Source: Collinsella sp.
Lineage (GTDB): Bacteria; Actinomycetota; Coriobacteriia; Coriobacteriales; Coriobacteriaceae
Direction: 5' to 3'
Assembly (NCBI GenBank): GCA_048291725.1
Contig: DBEZXW010000076.1
Coordinates: 5,733 to 69,732 of the forward strand
Length of the DNA: 64,000 bases
In this document: positions 46,822-54,015 of the stretch, in pieces
Layout of the letters: every line of letters begins with the position of its first letter
How positions within the stretch are numbered: the stretch's first letter is position 1
Program-made: the position numbers and the translations under genes
The notes under the pieces: generated by a model
Told to the model about the DNA's origin: nothing
What the model saw: the letters and a program-made list of their open reading frames with translations, nothing else
Databases searched by the model: none

Positions 46822-49044
46822 CTACACGATTTGGTTCACGTGCGTCTCGTCATCGAACTTGGCGGCGCCGGGCTCAACGTCCTGGGGAGCGGCGGCGTCC
46901 ACCAGAGCCTGCTTGAGCTCGGTGTACTGACGCTCCACCTCGCCCTCAGCCCAGACCTGGTCGGCGATAGCGTCGACCTGGCAGGCGGAGAACTTGTCCT
47001 CGGGCGTATGCGAGACCGGGTCGACCTTGTGAATGGTCAGCTCGTTGCACTTGCCGATCCACCACTGGTAGGTCATGTAGACCGTGCCCTTGTTGATGCG
47101 ATCGCTCACGTCGGCGCGGCTGTATACCTGGCCGCGGCGGCTGTGGATCGAGACGATGTCGCCATTCTTGATGCCGCGTGCCTCGGCGTCCGCGGGATTC
47201 ATGCGGACAAAGCCGGGCTCGTCGGCAAGCAGCGCCAGCGTCTTGCAGTTGCCGGTCATCGAGCGGCAGCTGTAGTGGCCGACCTCGCGGACGGTGCACA
47301 GGATGAGCGGGTACTCATCGTCGGGAAGCTCGGAGGGCGCCTCCCAGTCGTGCGCCATCAGGTTGGCGCGGCCGTCCTTGGTGGTGAACTTGCCACCAGC
47401 GAACATGTCGGGCGTACCGTGGTCGTTCACATCGGTGCTCTTGACGGGCCACTGGGCGTAGCCGCCCTCGGGAGCCATCTTCTCGTAGGTCGCGCCCACA
47501 AAGTTGGGGCACAGGCTAATGCACTCGTTCCAGATCTGCTCGGTGTTGTCGTAGTGCATGGGATAGCCCATACGCGTGGACAGGTCCGCGAAGATCTCCC
47601 AGTCATGGCGGCACTCGCCCTTGGGCGGAACAGCCGCGTCAAAGTGCTGGAAGCTACGGTCGGATGCGGTAAAGACACCCTCGTGCTCGCCCCAAGAGGT
47701 AGCGGGCAGGATGACGTCGGCGAGCATGGTCGTCTGCGTCATAAAGATGTCCTGGCAAATGAACAGATCCAGCTCGGAGAGCGTCTTGCGCATACCGGCC
47801 GAATCGGGCTCGGTCTGCACCGGGTCCTCGCCGTAGTTGTAGAAGCAGTGCACCTTGCCCTCGTCGACCAGGTGGCCCAGGTCGGTGAGCTTGTAGCCCT
47901 CCTCGAGCGGGAGCTTTTCCTCGGGCACGCCCCAAGCCTTGGCAAACTTGGCACGCACTGCCGGGTCGGTGACCTTCTGGTAGCCAGGGTACAGGTTGGG
48001 CAGCATACCCATATCGCAGGAGCCCTGGACGTTATTCTGGCCACGCACGGGCGCGAGGCCGGAATTGGGTTTGCCGATCTGGCCGGCAACGCAGGCGATG
48101 GAGGCGATGGTGTGCACCGTCTTCAGGTTCTGCTTCTGCTGGCATACGCCCATGCCCCAGCCAATGATGGCAGAGGGCTTCGCCGTGGCGTACATCTCGG
48201 CAGCTTGGTGGATCAACGCGGGCTCGACACCCGTGATGTCCTGTACGGATTCGGGAGTGTAGTTCTTGATGGTCTCCCACCACTCGTCAAAGCCGTTCGT
48301 GTGCTCGGCGACGAATTCCTTGTCGTAGAGGCCATCGTTGACCAAGCAGTTGGCAAAGGCGTTGAGGAACGCAACGTTGCAACCGTTCTTGATCGGAAGG
48401 TAGAGATCGGCGATACGCGCGGTTTCGATATGGCGCGGGTCGGCGACGATGATCTTGCAACCCTTTTCTTTGGCTCGCACGATACGCCTTGCGACGATGG
48501 GGTGCGAATCGGCAGGGTTATAGCCGAAGAGGAAAATGCAGCCCGCATCCTCCATACCGGGGATGGAGCATGACATGCAACCTGAACCAACCGTGTCCAT
48601 CAGACCGAGGACAGTAGGGCCGTGTCAAGTACGGGCGCAGTTGTCCACGCTGTGGGTGCCGATGCACGCACGCGTAAACTTCTGCATGACGTAGTTCGCC
48701 TCATTGCCGCCGCCTCGCGAAGAGCCGGTGGTCATGACAGCGTTAGGACCATATTCGTCAATTATGGCCTGCATCTTAGATGCGGTGAAATCCAGTGCCT
48801 CGTCCCAGCTTACGCGCTCAAGATCCGCGCCCTTAGTGCGGCGGATCATCGGGTGCAGTACGCGAGGAGTCAAGATCTTGGTGTCGTTGATGAAGTCGTA
48901 GCCGCTCATGCCCTTAAGGCACAGCTCGCTCTGGTTGGTGATGCCGTTGAGCGGTTCGGTGCCCACGACCTGGCCGTTTTGGACCAGGAGGTTGAACTGG
49001 CAACCGGCGCCGCAGTACGGGCAGATCACTTTATGCTTCTCCAT
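46822..49044 (-). CDS. fdhF: Formate dehydrogenase H, selenocysteine-containing (in-frame UGA at 48625-48627)
   Basis: Two track ORFs (48625..49095 and 46822..48600) join in frame. My translation across the gap reads VDNCART-U-HGPTVLGLMDTVGSGCMS, matching E. coli VDCCARV-U-HGPSVAGL. N-terminus is MEKHKVICPYCGAGC. Start at the ATG at 49044 after GGAAGGAGGG. Confidence 0.95.
48591..48624 (-). promoter_or_regulatory. Bacterial SECIS hairpin of fdhF
   Basis: The mRNA just 3-prime of the UGA is CACGGCCCUACUGUCCUCGGUCUGAUGGACACGG. The stem UGUCC/GGACA extends through U-A, C-G and G-U pairs to an apical GUC loop with a bulged U. The GU of the loop falls about 20-21 nt after the UGA. Confidence 0.6.
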
Positions 49045-49118
49045 GACACCCTCCTTCCTTTCTCTGCTACCGAATACTCGGTACTTATTTGACAATCATT
49101 GGGCCTGTCGCCCGACGC

Positions 49119-49637
49119 TTACGCCTCGTTTTCGATGGTGGCGCGGGCACGCTCGGCAGTCAGTTCTGCCAGACGCTCCTCGTCCACCAGGGTGAGGCCC
49201 TTGGTCGGACACGCCTCGGCACACGCCGGACCGCCGGGACGGTCCACGCACAGGTCGCACTTGAGCACGAAGCTCTTAGTCTGCGAACCCACGCGAACGT
49301 CACCCATCAAGACGGGGACCTGCGTGGTCGCCACGCTCACGGCGCCAAAGGGGCATGCCATGACGCAGCTCTTGCAGCCGATGCAGTTGTCCTCGTTAAC
49401 GCCGATACGATGGTTCTTTGGATCAAAGAACAAGGCGCCCGTAGGACAGGCCTTCGCGCACGGAGCGTCCTCGCAGTGGTGACATGCCACCGGCGCGGAG
49501 ATCTCGTAGGTGCGCGTTACGCGCAAGCGAGGTGCGGCGATGTTGCCGGGAATATCGTGTGCCTCGATGCACGCCGCCATACAGGTTTGGCACCCAATGC
49601 AGCGTGAAGAATCAGCCACGACTCGTTTATTGCCCAT
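49119..49637 (-). CDS. hydN: HydN-like 4x[4Fe-4S] electron-transfer protein, first gene of the FHL operon
   Basis: Start at the ATG at 49637 (MGNKRVVADSSRCIGCQTCMAAC) after CAGGAGGGAG. CHHCEDAPC and KCDLC...GPAC..ACP parallel E. coli HydN. Confidence 0.85.
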   Translation of the reverse strand: MGNKRVVADSSRCIGCQTCMAACIEAHDIPGNIAAPRLRVTRTYEISAPVACHHCEDAPCAKACPTGALFFDPKNHRIGVNEDNCIGCKSCVMACPFGAVSVATTQVPVLMGDVRVGSQTKSFVLKCDLCVDRPGGPACAEACPTKGLTLVDEERLAELTAERARATIENEA

Positions 49638-49815
49638 GTTGTTCACTCCCTCCTGAATCCCATGCCGGAGAGACCCTGCCGACGTTGCCCCGGACCGCCC
49701 GTGGTCCGGCATCGGCGTATCGAGTGCATGCGGCGAAACAGGCACTTCGATAGAATTCCTCCAACGATATACAGGTTAAATATACGCAGTTGCAGGGGGC
49801 AAACTTGAGCATAGG

Positions 49816-49841
49816 CCCTGCAATACGGGTGTATTGCAGGG
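49816..49841. promoter_or_regulatory. Perfect 11-4-11 palindrome upstream of the FHL operon (candidate operator)
   Basis: CCCTGCAATAC-GGGT-GTATTGCAGGG. A third half-site-like TTGCAGGG lies at 49790-49797. Confidence 0.4.
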
Positions 49842-50063
49842 GTTTGGGCTGGTTAGGATTATTCTTGGGTAGCTATAAAGATAAGTGTATTACACGCGTA
49901 CGCCCAAGAAAAATTTCACGCTCGCTTCTGAAGGATGTAGTACGTTTGTAATATTGTTCACACTGAATTACTCTAGTGCAATAAAGTAATGGTTATAAGA
50001 TTGGTTATTATTAGCCGATGTTGTATTTGACTATTCAAATTGCACGCTCATTAAGGGAGGCCA

Positions 50064-50390
50064 GTGATGTCATCGACTCAAAAACGAGCCATCCTGCAGG
50101 TGCGCATTCGCGAGGAAGACAAGCAGCATGCCGAGCGTCTCTACGACGCCATGGGCACATCGCTCGCCGAGGCCGTGCGCCTTTTTGTCGCGCAGAGCAT
50201 TTTGATGCGCAAGCTTCCCTTTCAGCCGGTCGCCGTGCGCTCAAAGGACGGCACCGCCGCCTATGGATCGCTCAAAGCATATGGTGACCCCAATCGCCGC
50301 GCCGAGGAGCGCAATGCCTGGATTGAATACCTAGCCACAGAAAGTGATGAGTCGGTTTTGGGTCCCGAGGAAGTAGATATCCATGAGTAG
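50064..50390 (+). CDS. RelB/DinJ-family type II antitoxin
   Basis: RAILQVRIREEDKQHAERLYDAMGTSLAEAVRLFVAQS is the classic DinJ/RelB ribbon-helix-helix pattern. SD is AAGGGAGG. 8-nt overlap with the downstream gene. Confidence 0.8.
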   Translation: MMSSTQKRAILQVRIREEDKQHAERLYDAMGTSLAEAVRLFVAQSILMRKLPFQPVAVRSKDGTAAYGSLKAYGDPNRRAEERNAWIEYLATESDESVLGPEEVDIHE

Positions 50391-50859
50391 CACCATCATC
50401 GACGAGACCGTCATCCTGCGCTACCTGCTTAACGACGACGAGGTCCTGTCACCGCGCGCCGCCAAGGTCATCGCCACGCGCACCGCTCGCGTCTACCCCG
50501 AGATCATCACACGCGTCGTGGTCACGCTGCGCGACGTCTATAAGGTTCCCCGCGTTGAGATTGCTACGGCCATGAGAAGGCTGCTCGATGACGTCATGGT
50601 CGACGAGCCCACCGTTGTCGCCCTTGCCGTCAAACTCTTTGGCAAGACCCATATGGACTTTACCGACTGCCTCCTCGCAGCCCGAACCGCCATCTACAAC
50701 GATGATGTCGTGAGCTTTGGCAAGCCCATCATCCAAGGCATGATCGATTACCGCCGCAAGCGCCAAACCGCTGCCGAAGTCCGCGACCGCGCCGCCGAAG
50801 CCCGCAGCCGAAGCACCGACTCCACCATCGACAAACTCCGCCACCGCCCTCGCAGCTAA
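50383..50859 (+). CDS. PIN-domain toxin (COG5611-like)
   Basis: IIDETVILRYLLNDDEVLSPRAAKVI ... DFTDCLLAA ... DDVVSF matches the COG5611 PIN pattern as I recall it. It has a basic C-terminal tail of about 35 aa. Confidence 0.75.
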   Translation: MSSTIIDETVILRYLLNDDEVLSPRAAKVIATRTARVYPEIITRVVVTLRDVYKVPRVEIATAMRRLLDDVMVDEPTVVALAVKLFGKTHMDFTDCLLAARTAIYNDDVVSFGKPIIQGMIDYRRKRQTAAEVRDRAAEARSRSTDSTIDKLRHRPRS

Positions 50860-50860
50860 C

Positions 50861-50942
50861 CCCATCCCCTCCTAAGTTGCGGTGAAATAGTTCCTGGATT
50901 TAGGCTTATTCGATCTTTCCAGGAACTATTTCACCGCAACTT
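50861..50942. repeat. REP-like palindromic element, subfamily 2, copy E (inverted orientation, G-rich tail on the left)
   Basis: Arms AAGTTGCGGTGAAATAGTTCCTGGA (50874-50898) and TCCAGGAACTATTTCACCGCAACTT (50918-50942). The left flank CCCATCCCCTCCT is the reverse complement of the tail seen on the right of copy F. Confidence 0.9.
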
Positions 50943-51114
50943 TCTGTAAGGGTGGTTTTTAGTGCCGCCGAGGGGCACTAATCAACCGTTTGCCGATATG
51001 TTTGGCTCTGACTCATGACTCTGACCTGCCCCGTCAAGCTTTTGGTCAGTTCATGGCAAGGTCTGGCCGACCAAATATGGGATAGCGTAGTGTCATTCAC
51101 TCCCCCTCGAGACC

Positions 51115-52122
51115 ATGGGGTCGAAAATGAGTCATGATAAACGCTGTTCCAAACCGCAAGCAGAGCTATTCTTCCGGTTATTCGAGGCCCATCATGGCGG
51201 GCATCTGTTTGTAGCTACCAAAAAATGGGATGAACGCTGTGCCTACGCGCTCATGCAAAAAGAGATGATTATTCGACTCTACAACCATGTCTACGCTGAC
51301 CCCGCGTATTGGAATGACCTCGGCGTCGAAGATCGCATCTTTCAATTGGCATCCGCTATTGCGGTCGTTGAACCGGATGCCGTGTTTTGTGGAGCAACGG
51401 CGGCACTGCTCTATGGCGTCGGTTCTGCATATTCGCTTCTCGACAAGGTGCAAGTGCTGCTGCCGCGTTCCACCAGACGCGATATGTACGAATTCGTTGA
51501 ATACCGACGCTGGCGGCCGGGCGACGTATGGCAGCTCGGCCCGTTTACGTTAACGGATCCATATCGCACGGTGGTCGACATCGCCCGAACGAGCGCTTTT
51601 CGATATGCACTAGGCTATGTCGACGGGTTGGCTCGTGAGTACGGTGTCGAGCGTGAAGAATTGCGTGCATATGCACAAGCGAACTGCCGCGGACTGCACG
51701 GCATCGCGCGCGCATTTGACGTTTTTGAACACATGGATGGCAGATCGGATAACGGTGGAGAATCCGAGGCACGGGCGGCAATGATTCTGGCGGGAGTTGC
51801 CGCTCCCGAACTTCAGGTTGAAATCACTCGACCGGGAAACGCCGGCTATTATTTGGCAGATTACGGCTGGCAGATGCCAGACGGCTCTTGGAAGCTGGCT
51901 GAGCTGCATGGACTAGGCAAGTTTGAGGACGATGCCCAAAATGATCCGGAACATACTGCGGCAAAAACCTATCGAGCTGCCCTCATGCGCGACGCGAACC
52001 TGCGTGCCATGGGCCACAACGTCATTCATTTCAAGCTCTCAGACACCTACGATGTCAAAGCGTTCGGCTCCATGATGCGCGGCTACGGCATACCAACCAC
52101 AAAGCCCTACGCAGACTCCTGA
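51115..52122 (+). CDS. AbiEi-N-terminal-like / DUF559 (Vsr-type endonuclease fold)-like protein, function unknown
   Basis: The middle segment (TLTDPYRTVVDIART) and the C-terminal segment (ESEARAAMILAGVAAPELQVEI....YLADYGW....KLAELHG) resemble the actinobacterial AbiEi_4 + DUF559 architecture. Assigned from memory of family patterns only. Confidence 0.55.
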   Translation: MGSKMSHDKRCSKPQAELFFRLFEAHHGGHLFVATKKWDERCAYALMQKEMIIRLYNHVYADPAYWNDLGVEDRIFQLASAIAVVEPDAVFCGATAALLYGVGSAYSLLDKVQVLLPRSTRRDMYEFVEYRRWRPGDVWQLGPFTLTDPYRTVVDIARTSAFRYALGYVDGLAREYGVEREELRAYAQANCRGLHGIARAFDVFEHMDGRSDNGGESEARAAMILAGVAAPELQVEITRPGNAGYYLADYGWQMPDGSWKLAELHGLGKFEDDAQNDPEHTAAKTYRAALMRDANLRAMGHNVIHFKLSDTYDVKAFGSMMRGYGIPTTKPYADS

Positions 52123-52184
52123 CCGGCTGCCCTCATCTTCTCGACAACAGAACCCATCATCGACCCAGCCCGCTCGGTCTCAAT

Positions 52185-52270
52185 AAGTTGCGGTGAAATA
52201 GTTCCTGGATAACAGCTTTTGCGGCTAATCCAGGAACTATTTCACCGCAACTTAGGAGGGGATGTGGGGT
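52185..52270. repeat. REP-like palindromic element, subfamily 2, copy F (tail on the right)
   Basis: Arms AAGTTGCGGTGAAATAGTTCCTGGAT (52185-52210) and ATCCAGGAACTATTTCACCGCAACTT (52228-52253), then the tail AGGAGGGGATGTGGGG. Confidence 0.9.
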
Positions 52271-52288
52271 CCCGGCATGTATATGAAA

Positions 52289-52322
52289 ATGGCTCTGGTC
52301 CCAAAAGGAATCAGAGCCATTC
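52289..52322 (-). terminator. Terminator of the tRNA-Pro/tRNA-Gly transcription unit
   Basis: Minus strand reads AATGGCTCTG-ATTCCTTTTGGGAC-CAGAGCCATT followed by TTCAT. Confidence 0.65.
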
Positions 52323-52332
52323 ATCTATCTTA

Positions 52333-52406
52333 TGGAGCGGGCGACGGGAATCGAACCCGCGTCATCAGCTTGGAAGGCTGGGGTTCTACCATTGAACTAC
52401 GCCCGC
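52333..52406 (-). tRNA. tRNA-Gly (anticodon TCC)
   Basis: Reverse strand reads GCGGGCGTAGTTCAATGGTAGAACCCCAGCCTTCCAAGCTGATGACGCGGGTTCGATTCCCGTCGCCCGCTCCA. Confidence 0.9.
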
Positions 52407-52412
52407 AAGATA

Positions 52413-52489
52413 TGGTCGGGACGACAGGATTTGAACCTGCGACATCCTGCTCCCAAAGCAGGCGCGCTACCAAACTGCGCCACGTCCCG
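52413..52489 (-). tRNA. tRNA-Pro (anticodon TGG)
   Basis: Reverse strand reads CGGGACGTGGCGCAGTTTGGTAGCGCGCCTGCTTTGGGAGCAGGATGTCGCAGGTTCAAATCCTGTCGTCCCGACCA. Confidence 0.9.
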
Positions 52490-52580
52490 AAGGTGTTGAG
52501 CAGCTAAGGTCTAAACCTTGCGTGTCCCAAAGCGAAGGAAATTATAGGGGAGACTTCCCGCCTGTGCAAGCGCAGAAACC

Positions 52581-53945
52581 CTAGCTCCTCGAATGTGCGA
52601 CAAACTTGCTGTGGAGCAGACCGATCACAAACGCCGCCACGGCAACCGGCGCCCACGCGGCACCGATATCCGCCAGCGGAAGAACATCAAACGGTAGCCA
52701 CGCGCCCGAAAAGAACGCATCGCGGACCGAGGTGATCACGCTCTGCACGGCAACCACACCGCCGACCCAGACCCACACCTGCGGATGAGCGTCGCAAAAG
52801 CCGTGTACCAAACCCATGAGAACCAGCACGATGGCGACGGGATACAAGGCGTTAAGCATGGGCACCGAGAACATAAGGATCACGTCGAGGCCCACGTTGG
52901 AGAGCACGCACGAAAACGCCGCGAACACAAAGGCGAGGATCGCGAAGGGGCGGCGCATGGCCTCCTCGGAGGCCTCCGCTCCCCCTTCAACCACGTACGT
53001 CTCACAGAAATAGCGCGCGCAGCAACTAATGAGGCCAATGCACACGTTCATGCAGGCGAGGAAGAAGATGGCGAAGACCACGACCGTGCCGGCAAGGCCA
53101 AAGTGCATGGAGGCCGAGCGAGCAAGGATTGCAGCGCCGTTGGTGGCGTCGGGCATCACGGTGCCGAGCTGCATACCGGCAAGTGCCAAGCCGCAATAGA
53201 TAATGGCCATGAGCACGCCGGCAATCACACCGGAGCGCGAGATCTCGAAGGCCACGCGCTTGTCATCGGTAACACCCAACTCGTGGATGGTCTCGGCGAT
53301 GATGATGCCGAAGGCGAGCGACGCAAGCAGGTCCATGGTCTGGTAGCCGGTCAAGAAGCCTTGGACCGCAGCGCCGGCATCATAGGGAGCTTGCGGGGCA
53401 GCAGCCGGTCCCAGCGGCGAAATCACGGCGGCGCCGACAACGAGTACGATAAGCGCAATGAGCGCGGGGCCCGTAATGCGACCGAGCACGCGCGTGATGA
53501 CGCCGGGGCGCAGCGTAAGTGCAAATGCGACCACGAAGAAGGCGACGGCGAAGACCAAGCGCGCGGTGCCAAGCGAGATGCCCTCGGGTAGCAACGGTAC
53601 CAGCATCTCAAACGCCGTGGAGCTCGTACGCGGAATGGCCAGGCACGGACCGATGGCCAGATAGACCGCCGCAACGAAGAATTCGCCAAACTTGGGATGC
53701 ACGCGGCCGGCCAATTCGCGGGCCGTGCCGGCGAGCGCAACGGCGATAAATCCCATGACGGGCAAACCGATAGCGGCAATCAAATAGCCAACCATGGCAA
53801 CCGGTGTGGCCGTGCCGGCCTGGAGCGCCAGCAACGGCGGAATGATGAGGTTGCCGGCGCCAAAGAGCATCGAGAACAGGGCGATGCCGACGGTAACGAC
53901 ATGGTCGGAGCGCAGACCGCGCGGTGCGGATGAGGCCATAGGCAC
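52581..53945 (-). CDS. brnQ: Branched-chain amino acid:cation symporter (LIVCS family)
   Basis: 454 aa, 12 TM. The N-terminal FSMLFGAGNLIIPP motif is typical of BrnQ. Confidence 0.9.
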   Translation of the reverse strand: MPMASSAPRGLRSDHVVTVGIALFSMLFGAGNLIIPPLLALQAGTATPVAMVGYLIAAIGLPVMGFIAVALAGTARELAGRVHPKFGEFFVAAVYLAIGPCLAIPRTSSTAFEMLVPLLPEGISLGTARLVFAVAFFVVAFALTLRPGVITRVLGRITGPALIALIVLVVGAAVISPLGPAAAPQAPYDAGAAVQGFLTGYQTMDLLASLAFGIIIAETIHELGVTDDKRVAFEISRSGVIAGVLMAIIYCGLALAGMQLGTVMPDATNGAAILARSASMHFGLAGTVVVFAIFFLACMNVCIGLISCCARYFCETYVVEGGAEASEEAMRRPFAILAFVFAAFSCVLSNVGLDVILMFSVPMLNALYPVAIVLVLMGLVHGFCDAHPQVWVWVGGVVAVQSVITSVRDAFFSGAWLPFDVLPLADIGAAWAPVAVAAFVIGLLHSKFVAHSRS

Positions 53946-53961
53946 ACCTTTCGGGTCGAAA

Positions 53962-53992
53962 CAAAAACGGGACGGGCAAAAGGCCCGTCCCG
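53962..53992 (-). terminator. Rho-independent terminator ending the selD operon
   Basis: Minus strand reads GGGACGGGC-CTTT-TGCCCGTCCC followed by GTTTTTGTTT. Confidence 0.8.
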
Positions 53993-54015
53993 CAAGTATA
54001 AACGGTCTAGCAGCT

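Noticed and set aside
46822-49095. fdhF (and likewise selD at 56108..57157) as a pseudogene interrupted by a premature stop.
   Set aside because: The stop is a single in-frame TGA exactly at the known Sec position of each family. It is followed by a SECIS-like hairpin, and selA, selB and selC are present in the window.
49638-49745. N-terminal extensions in the track ORFs. Examples are hydN from 49745, hycF from 37811, yedF from 56292, mobA from 28352, the GT4 from 58505, gdhA from 26779 and thrS from 7188.
   Set aside because: The extensions are Arg/Pro/Ser-rich, lack homology to the respective families, and overlap upstream genes or selC. In each case an internal ATG with a good SD coincides with the family N-terminus.
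49638-49860. Sigma-54 promoter (TGGCAC-N5-TTGC) and FhlA-type upstream activating sequence for the FHL operon.
   Set aside because: No acceptable -24/-12 match was found on the minus strand. The nearest is TGGAGG...ATCG, which is poor. No fhlA or hyfR gene is in the window.
52262-52507. 81-aa ORF starting at the ATG inside the REP copy F tail (AGGAGGGGATG).
   Set aside because: It runs antisense across tRNA-Gly and tRNA-Pro and has no recognisable motif. The SD-ATG spacing is too short. The SD-like string is part of the repeat consensus.
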